From Callorhinchus milii (taxonomy: Eukaryota), in assembly GCF_018977255.1 (NCBI RefSeq), contig NW_024704742.1, forward strand, positions 59,274,001 through 59,338,000: 64,000 bases of DNA. Reading direction: 5' to 3'. Shown here one piece after another: positions 1 through 13,260 of this stretch. Position 1 is the first letter of the stretch, and every line of letters begins with the position of its first letter. Under the pieces are notes generated by a model, which was given only the letters and a program-made list of their open reading frames with translations, was not told the origin of the DNA and did not search any database. A program made the translations under genes and the position numbers.

Positions 1-252
1 TTAGATAAACAAGATGTGTCCCTCCAGGGAGATAATATATCTCGATATCTATTCCAGTCCAACCACAGGGAAATGTCTATGTGTAGATGGCATACCATGT
101 GGAATTCTCAATCTGGTTTTGGATAATCTTAAGCATGGTGAGAAATTTTCTTATGTTTCAGACAACTGGCTGACCCAAAAAAAAAAAACTTTATGAAAGT
201 TCTTGCATCCACTTCAACTGAATTCAAAGTGATTTAACAGGTTTTCTTAGGT

Positions 253-675
253 GTCAGTATGGCTCAATTGGTAGCATTTGTTTCTGAGTCAAAAGGTTGT
301 AGTTTAAATGCCATGTATGTGGGATTTTGAGTTCATAGTCTAGACATTCAAATGTAGTTCTGGTGGAGCCCTATTGTCAGAGGTATTGTCCTTCAGGTGA
401 GATGTTAAACCGAGGTCCCATCTGCCTGTTCAGGTGGACTTTAAGAATCATGGCACTATTTGAAAAGTGAAGGGAGTTGGCCTCAGTCCTGGCCAACAAT
501 CCTCCATAAGAAAAATGGGTTTACTTCATGGTTGTTTGTGGCTTGTTGATGTGTGCTGAATGGCTGCTGCATTCACTTACAAATTCACATTTGCTACATG
601 TTACTGAGATAAAACTGAAATCCAAATGAGACTGACATGATGTGATGCTACATCAAATGTAAGGATTATTACTAT
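253..675 (+). mobile_element. Deu-domain SINE (SacSINE1/AmnSINE1-like), full length, diverged
   Basis: tRNA-like head GTCAG..TGGCTCAATTGGTAGC..CTGAGTCA; Deu core GATGTTAAACCGAGGTCCCATCTGCCTGTTCAGGTGGAC...ATGGCACTATTTGAA...GTCCTGGCCAAC. Confidence 0.85.
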
Positions 676-2719
676 AAAAACAAATCTCAGCCATGGTCTA
701 ACCTTTCCAACAGAACTGGGTTTACTCTATGACCTGACTGGACTACATAAAATATCGTTCTATAGCACCTTAAGACTCAGGTGTATAAAATCAACAGTCT
801 GGTCTTAAACTGTTCTCGTACATTTGTTTCGCCATTAAAATGTGCAGGGGACTTTACCTGCACAAGTTTTGCCTTGAAACAAATCTTTCCATTAAACAGG
901 GTGTCAATCAATGGGGTGCCCATTAACTGGTGTACACTGTACTCTATGCAACTCAGCAAAGCTTTGTAGCTTCCTTTGTAGATTCCAGTGCTCTCAGGGC
1001 TAGATTTTCAGCATGATGCAAGCACATTGATGCTGTGTATCTCAGCCAAATTTGTTTCTCTCAGTAGAGGTAACTTTAAGAAGATAACATTTGCAGTATG
1101 TGGAATTGGGGTGAGGGAGGAGCCTAGTCCAAAATAAAAGCATCTCGAATTTATTGCACCAAAGGAACAAACAAAAAGGACTTGCTGCAAATCGCACCAG
1201 CTGAGAGCAACGAGGCAGTATCAATGAGAAGCTAAGCCTGAATTGTAGCTCTTAAAAAATATATAATGAGTGAACTCCAGTCCCGCGCACAACAGGAGTC
1301 CACATAAAACATTTTCCTTTTCATGTTGTGTAGCTCAATTTTTATTAGATGTTTAACTCTTCAAATAACATCGCCAGCTACTGTGAAAGGAAAGATGCTA
1401 AGCTTCCTTACCGCCCCTGCTTGTCTTTGTGAAGTGAATGACCAGTTTTACCTAGGGAATTGTCCTGGCTCACAATCACCCAGATAAAATTGATTATTCA
1501 CTTCAGGGCTGAAAGTGGGGCAACGCTGTAAGCAAATTGGTTGCTACATTCGGTTACAAAATGTACAGTAGTTACTCTAGTAAAATACTTTGGGATATTC
1601 TCCCAATATGAAAGGTGCTATATGAAATGCAAATATTACTATCGTTCAGGTCTTTAAATTATGAAGCTTCTCTTATAACCTTATCATCTCTGGTAGTGTC
1701 CTTCATCTGGCCTAGTATGCTCAATGAAAGAGCAAGGTAAGCTAATGCTAGCATAGTGACATTTTGCTGCTTTCTACTCCCTTCACGTGCAATAATTGAA
1801 CAGAGACCAGTCTGACTTCGAAATGTTTGACGAGTTGATTTTTTGGGGCAGTTTGAAAATAATTAATTGTTTTGAATCCAACTGGCAAACCGAACAGATA
1901 TCCTGCAGCACTTGAAAAAGAGCACGCCCTGCTCTGTGAAACCCCCCCCAAATCAAAATATATTGACACATGTTGACAACAGCAACAACTTGCATTTATA
2001 CGGCATCTTTTACAAATGATAGCATCTCAGAACGATGAAAGAATGCCGTCTTACTCTCCTTTTGTAAAAAAAAGAAAATAACTAAAGCTTATAATATTAT
2101 TCATCACCATTCCCATTTCATTAAATAAAAAAGTTGCCGTACGAAAGAAGAAAGTAAAGTCAGAGTAGCAATAAAAAAGGAGGCATTAATATTGCTGGCA
2201 AGTTGTGGTGGATAAGGGTGGTAGCTAAATTAGGTTGTGGGGCAAGAGGCTTGTTGCACAAGGCCTGAGCACACACAGGAATGTGGTCTGCAAATAGGTT
2301 GCAGATAACATTTGGAACTGGAAAGGACTCATGATGGGGTTGCGTTAGATACTTAGACTCACAGTTAGGGAGTTTGAGATTTGCCACTGACCGGACTTGC
2401 TAGCTGATCATGCACACTAATGCCATTTTAGACTGCTGGGAGCAGTGCATCATGCTGTTTCCAGCAGCACAGCAATTTGAACCGCAAACACAGATTTATA
2501 TTTCCCGCTTCCAATTGCTCTCAATCCCAGTTAAGACAGTATCCTATGAAGTAATAGTTAAACCCTGTGCTCTGCGATCGGAAACAATGCTAGTGGTGAA
2601 AAAATAGTAATAATAATAATAACCTTTGCATTTGATATAGCGCTTTTCACATCTTCTAGACGTCTCAAAGCGCTTCACAGAATGTTAAGTCTCGGCCATT
2701 GTGCTGAAGTCATAGATCT

Positions 2720-3051
2720 GGGGTGATAGCTGCAGGAGGAGAAGTAGATTTGGGTGTCATCCGCACACATTTGGAAGTTGACCCCATGTCTGTGGATGAA
2801 ATCATCGAGAGGGAGCGTGTAAATGAAAGAATGAGGCAACACAGATAGAGCCCTGGGGTGTACCGCAGGTGACCATGCAGGGAGGGGGGAGAAATCGTTT
2901 GCAGAGAGCAAAGTTATGATGGTGGATTAAGTAAGACTCAAACCAAGAGAGTACTGAGGAGGATGAGGGGGCTAACTGGCATGGCCAACTGTATTGAAGG
3001 CAGCAGAGAAGTCCAGGAGGACAATGAGGCAGAAGGAGTCCTGATCACAAG

Positions 3052-3082
<31 letters not shown>

Positions 3083-3160
3083 GATGGCATTTCCGATTTT
3101 ATCAAGGGCTGTCTCAGTGCTGTCGGCTGAGCAGAACCCAGCCTGGAGGGGCTCAAGGAA
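2720..3160 (-). mobile_element. L2 RT fragment with internal (GA)n expansion
   Basis: NFQMCADDTQIY and LLDFSAAFNTV motifs in minus ORFs; GA repeat at about 3052-3082. Confidence 0.85.
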
Positions 3161-3502
3161 ACTGAATGTAACTCCCCTTTCTTTTTCAAACAGTGTCTTG
3201 GTATTTTTAACACCCAACTGAACAGGCAAATAGAAACTGTTCCAACATTTCATCTGAAGGATGGCACCTCCAACAATGTAGTGCAGTGCCAACAAATATA
3301 CAGTCAATTTACTTAACAATATATTCTGTGAACGCATTGAGACAGCTCAACAATGTGATAACGTTCTATATCAAATGCAAGGATTATTATCATAATATTA
3401 TAGCACTATAATAGAGGGTCATCTTAGACTGAGTTGAAACCAACAACCATCTGATTTGGAGGCAATAGCGCTCCAACTAAGCCAGGCTGAGAACTATGGA
3501 TA

Positions 3503-4495
3503 CAACAATAAGATTACATTTGTATAGCGCCTTTCATGTTGGGAGGACATCCCAAGGCGCTGGACAGCGCACAGCATTTCAGACCCGAGCTGGGGTCAGG
3601 GGAGGGAGGGGAGGGGAAGGGGGAGGGAAACTCAAAAGAGTTTTGAGGCGGGACTTGAAGGAGGCTAAGGAGGGGATGAGGCGGAGTGATTGGGGGATGG
3701 AATGCCAGAGGTTGGGGGCAGAGTGGCTGAAATCTCTCCCACCAGTGGTGGGGCGGGTGGGTCGGGTGATGTGAAGCAGGCTGGAGTTGGGTGAGGGGAG
3801 GGAGTGGGCAGGTTGGTAGGGGGTTAGGAGGTCACAGAGATAGGGTACGGCAAGACCATTGAGGGCTTTGTAGGTGAGGACCAGGATTTTGAACTGGATC
3901 CTCTGAAGGATAGGGAGCCAATGGAGATGGGGACAAGGAGTTTGGTGTGGGAGAGGACACGGGCTGGAGACTTCTAGATTATCTGCAGCCTGTGGAGGGA
4001 GGAGTTGGGAAGACCGACAAGCAGGGCATTTGCATAGTCGAGCCTAGAGGTGCTGAAGGCATGAACAAGAGTTTCAGCGGCCTGAGGGGTAAGGGGTGAG
4101 GTAGTGGCGGAGTCGGGCAATGTTACGCAGGTGAGGGAAGGCAGAGCGGGTCATGGCTTGAATGTGGGGGAGAAAAGACAGTTGAGGGTCGAACAGGATA
4201 CCTAGGTTCCTGACTGGCAGTGAGTTGTAGTGAGCAACCATGGAGGTTGATGCTGCCAGAGCCTGAGGTGCTGAGGCGCTGGGGTGAGCCAATCAGGAGG
4301 GCCTCAGTCTTGTTCACATTCAACTGTAGGAAATTTGCCCTCATCCAGGACTTGATGTCCGACAGGCAGTCTGTCAGGACAGCAGTGGTCCTGGAGTTGA
4401 GGGTTGAGGCAGAAAGATAGAGTTGGGTGTCATCCGCATACATGTGGAAGTTGATCCCATGTCTGCGGATGATGTCACCAAGAGGGAGCATATAG
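3503..4495 (-). mobile_element. 5'-truncated L2 LINE
   Basis: ORF 4123-4578(-) contains [16 protein letters not shown]...TEALLIGS; L2 tail at 3503-3570. Confidence 0.92.
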
Positions 4496-6094
4496 ACAGT
4501 TCTTATAAAATGTGAAGAATGTTGCTGCAGAATAGTTAAAGTAGCATCGAGGACATTTGACCCTCCAAATATAAGCACAATTATTTTTGTTAAGGAACGG
4601 GTAATCCAAATATGAAATTACTGCTATTGCCATTAAAAGACCTTGAATGTTTCAGGTCTTTTGGTTTATTTTAGTGTAATCACTCTGCTTTTACTTAGGT
4701 AAATTGCAATTATTTTGCTTTTTTAATCCTTTACTTCAGTCAGATCTTCCCAATAAATAGATTAATATTCTAATAAAATATTCTATTGCACAACCTCCTG
4801 ATCTACTCAATAAATGAAATACTATAAACTCATTTTTGACTGTTCATGACTTACACTGTGAACCACAATGGTTAAAAAACAAAAATACACTGTACTCGGA
4901 CTCACACCAATTCAATCCCACGTGGATTAAATGCTTTCTCTTTCAATAAAACAACACTGAACACATATTTGGTACATCAATAAAACCTTGTCAAAACCAC
5001 TTTAGCATTCTTTACAACTAAACATTATTTAGTTCCTGTTCATCAGAGCAGGAGATTTAAACACAGAAAATGAATCCTATCTGTTCCACAAGGTCTTAAG
5101 TGTGCTATAATCCAAAACATTCCTGCAGGAATGTTCCTTTGAATTTTGTACACTATATCATGCAAACAGAATTCAGCATTAGGACTTGACCATGCCCTCA
5201 ATCTAAAGTTTTCTAATTTGTTGAATATCAACTTTAACCAATCTCAGGTAATAGCTCCTCTGATGGAGTTGTGGGGAAAATAAGCTACAAAGTACCGCAC
5301 CAAGCTACAAAGCTGGTAGATTTGAATTTTAGTCAGTGCTAAACTCGCCCATATCACCCAGTTGACCACAGCTCCCCTAGTCTCGTGAAGGGGGGAAAAT
5401 GTAAACTGAAGTGCCTTCAATAACTGTCCAGAAGACCATGCTATGTGAGTGGTGGGAGAGGGAGGAGAAACACACTTAGCTGTGAAGTCAAAGAGTCTGT
5501 TAAGACCCAAGTTGTGCATAATAATCACTTGGCCGAGGCACTGAACAGTGACTGGTGTTGCTAGCACTGGACACAGCAGAAGAACAAAAAGAGTCAAAAT
5601 AGGAGGCGATGAGAAAAGCAATAGTAGAACAGTAACCAAGCCTCAGGAAAAACAGCCAAAATTAATGGTTACAACTCTTTTATCTACGTAAACAATCAAG
5701 GGACTGACCATATGTGTAGTAAATGTATATCTCAAAGGAAAAAAGAGAATGAGGCAAACAAAATAATAATTTTTGCAATTAGTATAGTGGCTTTCATGTT
5801 GGGAGGACGTCCCAAAGCGCTTCACAGGGTTTACTGGGAAGTGGAGTGGCTGTATACTTGTGGACAAACGTGATAGCCAAATTGCACACGGCATCGTCCC
5901 ACAAATAGCAATAAAAATGAAACAAACAAAATATAAACATTTAAATGCAATGTGACATAGTACCACATTACAAAAATGTTTTACTCAGTAAATATGCAAT
6001 AAAGCGGCTGGCAATATAGAGTTGGTGTATTGCACTGTTCACCTTTAGAAGAATGCATTCTTCTCTATCGCTATCTCAGTTTTAACACATTATT

Positions 6095-6350
6095 AGTCTA
6101 ACTTGCATTTCCCTTTGAAGATTAATCTTCAAAGGAAAAAATCCGCAGCCGAATGCACAGCAGGAGCCAGCATCTTAGCGCAGTGTTGTGAATTATAATT
6201 AACACAGAATTAAATGTTACAACTGAATTTTCAAATCGCTCTGCAACCACAAATGCTAGTTTAAAAAACTTCACTACCTGCACCCTTCCAAAATGAAAAG
6301 ATTTCTGATTTTTCAGTTTAAAGGTTAATCTTCAAAAGGACATTAGAAAG
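6095..6350. repeat. Imperfect about 250 bp palindromic (MITE-like) element
   Basis: Left arm CCCTTTGAAGATTAATCTTCAAAGGAAAAAATC matches the reverse complement of the right arm (6307-6340). Confidence 0.6.
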
Positions 6351-7429
6351 ACAGCTTCTTAATCTTAACTGTTATATTACAACTAAGTATAGAAGGGCCT
6401 TTTCTCTTAAGTGGAAGACCATTAAGTAAGGCAGCCCCAAAGTTGTAGCCATGATATTTTTATTGTTTTTCAGATTTTAATACAGCATTTTATTTTACTT
6501 AATTTTTTTCCTGTGTTGATTACAAATTGCACTGTTGTTTTCATTTCTGGGGGTGGTTGGCTACGAGTCTCACACATGCAGAAACTCATCTCCATGCTTA
6601 AGGGATATCCAAACCAGATAGAGTTCCACATGTCACCTCAACACGGAAATTTCCTTGCATCTGAAATGGAATGCACATTGTTCCTTGGAGTGAGTTTTTT
6701 TCTATAATGTTGTATTTGATAGCTAGTATTTGAGTTAATAATAATAAAAATAATAATCCTTGCATTTGATATAGCGCTTTTCACATCTTCTAGATGTCTC
6801 AAAGCACTTCGCAGAATACACTGTAAAGTGAATTGACTGTATACTTGTGGGCGAAACGTACACAGCAGTGTCCCACAAACAGTCGTGGATTGGAGTTGAA
6901 GTGACCAATTTATTATTGTTTTTTTCTTGAGGGATTATTTGATTTAATAGGAGGTTTAAGGGGAACCTCTTCATGCAGAGGGTGGTGCGAATATGGAATT
7001 CACTATTGGAAGCTGCACTTGAAGCACAATTTATGAGAGAAAATGTTATGCAAACATGTGAGAGAAGAGAGAGATCTTGGAAAGGGGAATAGGAGGAGTA
7101 GGGACTCATGTGGTGTATAAACACCAGCACAGATGAATAGGGCCAAATGGCTTTTTTTGTGACATGCCAGTCTTTGTAAAGCTGCTAGCCTAAACTATAA
7201 ACAATATATAGCACTGCATTATGTATGTACAGAGTGAATCTGTGGCATACAATTGTTGAATAGGAATATATATAATGTTTAATCGAGGTCTAACCAGGAA
7301 TAGCTGGGCATCTTGCCTCTTTTCCAAATCACCTTCAACAGAATTCTCATACAATGCCATATTTATTGAAATTTGTAAACTTGCCAAGATGATACAAATT
7401 GATGGTTGTTCAGTGAGTTATAGCCAATT

Positions 7430-7830
7430 GAGATAGAGTCTGATTACTCAAAAAAATCAAAGGAGGTAGAATTAAAAATTAACACTTCTATAGAACAATC
7501 GGAATGGAAGAAATACAAATCTTCATCAAAGGTGTCTAACATAGTTCAGATAAGTACAAAGGCAAAGTTACAATCAAGTCATCTCTGCGTACAAAAACAG
7601 CACAGCATAAAAAGGACATCAAGGATTTCCAAGGCAAAAGGTGGTTTTCCAGAGTGAATAACGTGTTATCAAAGAAGTCGGACTGTGATCAAATTACTTC
7701 ATACAATCCATAAAAGAGACAAAGACAATGAATTCATTAAGAAGGCTTCTTAAATTGGCAAACTCTCATAAGGCATTTATAAGAGCAACAGAAGGAAAAT
7801 AAAACATCCAGAGATGTTTAATATGCAGTT
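7430..7830 (+). mobile_element. Possible decayed RTE RT C-terminal fragment
   Basis: KKSKEVELKINTS and KDI..ISKAK resemble RTE SKEVGLKINT / EIKRRIAKA motifs; heavily degraded. Confidence 0.35.
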
Positions 7831-8002
7831 TACATGCTGGTACATCTAGGAACATGTATTTTCACAGCATGTAACCACTGAGTAATATCATTTTAGCTCC
7901 CATGTCATGAAATAATAGGGCATTGTGCTGTGAAGCCTAATTTTCACAGACATACCATGAACAAACAGTAGTTTGCTGCTAATGCTCCAAAATAAAAAGA
8001 CC

Positions 8003-8335
8003 TCGCAAGATATCTTAAGAAATCCAGTTAATTCCCAGCAGGGTGAAACATTGGGCAAGTTTCCTTACTCCACATGCCTGTGTTTACCTAGCAGTAAATA
8101 GGAACCCGGTTGTTAATCGATTGGTGATCGCTTTTCTGAGGATAATAATCCCTTAAAAAAACAATAGTAATTTAATCACTCAATCCACAACTGTTTGTTG
8201 GACACTGCTGTGTTGCAATTGGCTGCTGTGCTTCATCCACAAATATACAGTTTACAATATATTCTGTGAAGCGCTTTGAGACGTCTAGAAGACGTGAAAA
8301 GTGCTATATTAAATGCAAGGTTTATTATTTATTAT
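8003..8335 (+). mobile_element. tRNA-derived SINE, long variant (head partly lost)
   Basis: TTGGGCAAGTTTCCTTACTCCACATGCCTGTGTTTACCTAGCAGTAAATAGGAACC body and family tail. Confidence 0.88.
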
Positions 8336-9799
8336 AAAGAACACGGAGGGAGCAGAATTTCAGCAAATGTGCAAGTTATGATTCCAAATTCTCAAAAAAA
8401 TATTAAAGGCTCCTTGACCCAGTCAAAATCAAAGTCTTTGGCTTATCTCAGTCTCCTTGCAGTGAAAAGCAGACTGGGAATTTCATTTGTTGGCAGCGTA
8501 CATGGAATTCTGAATCTGGTTTGAATATTCTTGAGCATGGTGGTGGGTTTCCACATGAGGCAGGCAGCCGGCTGAACAAAACAGTCGAAAGGCAATCTAT
8601 AATTTTCCTTTTTCCAAGTCAGGCCATCAACTGATCCAACCAAGGAAACTCATCAACGTACAGGAAGGGAACATCATAAGATCAAAAGGATATCAAAATG
8701 GTTTGAGGCGAGTGTCACTGTGGTCAGCAGCATCAATTGTGGCTGCTGGGAGCAATGTCATTGAAAGTCTAGAACAAGCTACAAGCCCAAAATGGGGCTG
8801 TACTCTAGGGAGGAGAAAGTCTCACAGGTATATCTGGTTTAGTAATTATCTTGATATGACAACAAATTACAATATCTTTGAACAGATGTAATTTTATGTG
8901 ATAATTATTAACAAAATCTGTGAGGAAACACTGTATCATTTTACTCCTTTATTCCGTTATATCCCATTACCAGCACTCTTAGATACTACCTTATGTGAAG
9001 GGCGCTAGGTAGATTGAAAGTTGTTGAAGTTGTATACAAGCAGTTGTGCAGAAAAAATTCCGAAAGTAAACAGCTGTTTTGAATCCGTTGTTAAAACTTT
9101 TGCCTCTGGATCAGAAGCTTGAGGGGTCATCTCAAAACCTTCAATTCAATATCTAGACTGCTACTCAGTAGCACCACATTATCAGAGGGACTTTCCTTTG
9201 GGTGAAGCATTAAACTGAGGTCCATCTGCCTGTTAGGTACAAGTCAAAGATTCATGTTATACTGAATGCAAATATTGTCAGTTTGTGTGAATTAACTAGT
9301 TCAAAGAGGAATTTGAATAATTATGTTATTACAAACAGAATCAAAGGTTATGCAAATCAGTGTGGACTGAGATCCATAAAAGCTCCTAGGCCGACAATGG
9401 TCAATGGTTCCTGTGCTGTTGGGATGGTGTATAGTTTTGTTGGGGAAGGAGGCAAAATAATTTTTGTTGTTGAAAATAGAAGTGGGGATTAATAAGCAAA
9501 CATTCTCAAATTTAGGGCAGTGTATTTTTTAAGAACTTGGAATAGCTCTATACCTGAACCTATACAAGTTATAGATAAAGAGCAGATAGTAATAACAATA
9601 AAAATAATGATTTGACTAATGGGGATTGTTAAATAATCAAATAATCATTTGATTTGTGAGTCTCTCCTCTGTATGTGTGTGTCTCTTTCCCTTCCCTCAC
9701 CATTTCCCCCCTGCTCGGGTCCTGACCCAACTGTCCAGCGCCTTGGGACGTCCTCCCGACGTGAAAGGTGCTCTATAAATGGAATCTTGTTGTTGTTGT

Positions 9800-9965
9800 T
9801 GTCTTTCTTTTGTGTGTATATGTCTCTTTGTGTCTGAGGCTTTCTCTCTCATATGTGTGTGCATATGAGTGTGTGGGTGCATGTCTCTCTTTGAGAATGT
9901 CTATCTGCGTCTGAGAGTGTATCTCTCTCTCTGTATCTGTGTGTGTCTCTCTGGGTCTCTGTGCG
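9800..9965. repeat. TG/TC low-complexity tract
   Basis: Degenerate (TG)n/(TC)n runs; also 9655-9690. Confidence 0.8.
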
Positions 9966-12900
9966 GTGCTGGGGCCTGAGAGACAAGAGGTGGTGAGCTC
10001 CTGTAGCCCCGCAGTCAGGACACTGGTCCCGAATGACTGTTTTTGACGGATCTCCAGACCCTACTGTTGTGAGCTGGTGTCCTTTCTGTCCCAACTCCCC
10101 CCCATCCCGCAAATGGGCCACCCAGTTTTTGTTGAAGAAGAAATTATTTTCTTTTTTTGCAACAATCTAATGTGTTATTTCCTTATGTTTAGTTTTTATC
10201 AATAAAGTGAAAATGTAAGTTGGCAGTAAAATGTATTCTGATAGTACCAATCAACTCCCTGCAATTTCTGTGGAAAGAATAGGTTTGATGAACCAAATTT
10301 CTTCTTATTTAATTCTTTATTATTTTCAATTTAGAAGCACATATTAATTAATATCACACAGTGGGTTTGCTCTTCAGTTCGCTGCAGAGTGAATTGGTAC
10401 TGTCTTAAAATCTCCTCAATGGCTCTTTTGTTAAGTTTTTTTAAAAAATTTAATCTTTTCATTTTGTGCTATTTGTCTATTTCACGTTCTTTTGACCTTT
10501 GTTCTGCTGTCAATGAAGTTTCCAGATTGATTCACTTTACAATCCACACTTGCAAGACACCATTGAGATCTCTTCAACATTACAGCCTTCCAGATACAGA
10601 ATCCCTTTCTCTTCTAGGGATTGACAGAAGAATAATTACAATTAAATCCAAAAATTCAGCATGTGAGCAAACACACAGGATTTGAACACACACAGAGTCT
10701 GAGCAGCGCAATGATAAAATGGTATGCTCAATCCAGTCTCACACAACTAAAGAGCTTTATGCATTTCTGGTGATAATTGCCTAAGATTGCTGTTTAAACC
10801 TTTTTTTAAAAAAATTGCATTACTTCTAAAATAATTACCAAAAACCTGTATTCTTTAATAGCTTTTAAATAGCTGTGATCTTATATCATAACCTAAGCAC
10901 TGTGCTGAATTGAAGACATGTACTTACCAGGCTTTTAAATACCTAATCATAGAAAGTTAAATGAATTACTGTGATTTTCTATATTTTTTCCTCATTGTAG
11001 CACTTATTTCAATGGGCTCTGACATCTCCCAAACGGATGCAGCTGATTCCAAAATTAAATTTTAATCAGTGGGAGCTATGCTCCATATTCATGCCTCATA
11101 TTTTGTCCGAGATTGATTTTGTGCAATGCTCAAATCAATTCTAATATTTTCAAGCCAAAAGGCAGAAAACACTGAATTTAAACGCAAGGGGAAGGGGGAA
11201 AAAAGGGTAGTTTTCATTAGCAGAAAGGGAATACAAGCAATATTAAAACTGTTTAAGATAATAAAACATTGTTAATTTCACCCACAAAATATAGTCAATT
11301 CACTTTACAGTATATTCTGTGAAGCACTTTGAGACATCTCAATAGCGTGATAAGGTGCTATATCAAAGGCAAGAGTTATAATTATTATGAAATAAAGGTC
11401 GACTCGCAGAGCAAACAGTCAGATGGTTTGAAACAATATTCAGTACTGCTCAGATTGCTTCCAATTAAAAATTGCCATGTGCTCTCTGAACATATACGAA
11501 ACTAAACCAACCCAAAACATAATAAACTATTCATTAGCTTACCCTTTCCTTCAAGTATATAATGTCTGCCGTAAACATTTTGTTTTGAAAAAACAAAAAA
11601 TAATCTTCAGCTGCCGCAAGGCACAAAACAATTCGGTCAATGACTACCTTTGAACCACTGAATTAAATAAACCTTTCAGCTTTTCTTCCTATGATGGAGA
11701 TTCAGTTTTACCTTATTCTCATAGAATCTATTCCAGCCTTTCAATTAGATTCCAAAAACTCAGCTTCCTAAGTGAACTATCCATCTGTTCAAAAGCTCTT
11801 CTTCACCTCATTTGTTTTTATTAAAACTGAAACCAAGTGAACTTGTGGACGACCATTAGAAGAATACGATTCCAACTCTTGCTTCTGTAAATTCGATTTA
11901 GGTTTTTAAATTGACAATTCTGTTATGTGATTTCTTCAATGCTTTTCTATTCTTGTTTTAATTAACCCTTGCAGAAAGTGCATCGGACATGTATTTAGAA
12001 TACATTTAATTTCCGAAGTGGCCAATGTTGATTACCTCTACCATTGGCTAAACATATTGCTTAAGCACTGAATCTTTTCTTCAAAATGGCTCAATAAGAG
12101 AAGGGAAGAAAAATAAGTGTGCTTTGCTTTGGGCTGAGCTAGCTCAACCCTCTGTGATGGCTTGATAGTCTGGATGCTGAGCCAAGCGGATCTGCAGTAC
12201 TGATGAGCCAAAAGTATACCCTGAGAACCCCAGGCCCTGGCTCTGGGCAACCTGCCTCGAAAACTCTTCATCCTGAGGAAAGCAGGGTGCATCCCTCTAC
12301 GGTGAGTGCACATTCCTTTCCAGCTACAGTGAAATGTCCATGTGTACGTGGCTGGGTAGAATACTCTTGAGCATAGTGGTGGGTTTCTGCATGTTCTGAC
12401 ACTCAACTGATGCAAAAAACTATAAGCAGAGGAAATTCCTCATGCTGTTAAATGTAACAATAATGTTGAAGCGTTCTCAAAGAAGCAATATGCTACATGT
12501 CAGCAGGAGTGAGATTTCTGGCACTACACCTTGCAATCCTCCACATGAAAAAAAATTCCTTTTTGCATTAGAATAAACTGTGCTGAAGGTCAAAGCCACA
12601 ATCAGTAACTAGTCAACAAAGCTCCCGTAAGACTTTTAACAAGGTCTTAGTCAGTTTTATGTCTTAATTATATTGCACGGTTAGGGTTGAATCAATGTTT
12701 TTTTTGTCGTATTGTGCTAAAAGTTCTAATGGATTAAAAGGCTGAGTCAGTTCCAAGCCCTGATCCCAAATCAATGCATTTCACTGCATTACCTGAAGGG
12801 TTTACACTCCAGCTGATTTCAAAACACATGTTAAATAAAAAATTTAAAAAATGATTTTGCTTTTTTCAGAATATTATTAAAACGTCAATCAAGTGATCAG

Positions 12901-13014
12901 CTCTTTAATAAAATAAAAACTGTTGTTCAGTGTAGGTTCACTGAGCTCTGATGATAAGCTGACCTACCCAAGGCCAGAACACTGCTCAGCCTCACAATAA
13001 CACCAGCACAGTTA

Positions 13015-13260
13015 AGAACATAAGAACTACTAGATGATAGAAGACTACGGTCCAGTCAGTTTGCCTTCCACCATCCTGGTATTCACATGCACATGTCCCA
13101 AACTATATTCTGTATCCTGCAATATTATTTCCTAAAATAAATTATCTAATTTGCTTTTGAAAAAAATTGACACTTTCTAATTCTACCATCTCCCCATGCA
13201 GCCTGATCCATACATTTATTACTCGCTCACTGAAATAGTGAATGATCCTAATTTTAAGAT
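13015..13260 (-). mobile_element. CR1 3' fragment (others at about 6945-7160 +, 14770-15230, 20520-20660 +, 45740-46130 -, 47150-47440 +, 54075-54200 -, 54660-54850 -)
   Basis: HYFSERVINVWIRLHGEMVELESVNFFQKQ resembles CR1 FFSQRVVNLWNSLP..VVEA; AAGAACATAAGAA-type terminal repeat. Confidence 0.75.

Noticed and set aside
10400..10620. Pseudo-exon on the minus strand
   Set aside because: Stops in all frames and no identifiable protein; possibly very old LINE debris but not supportable.
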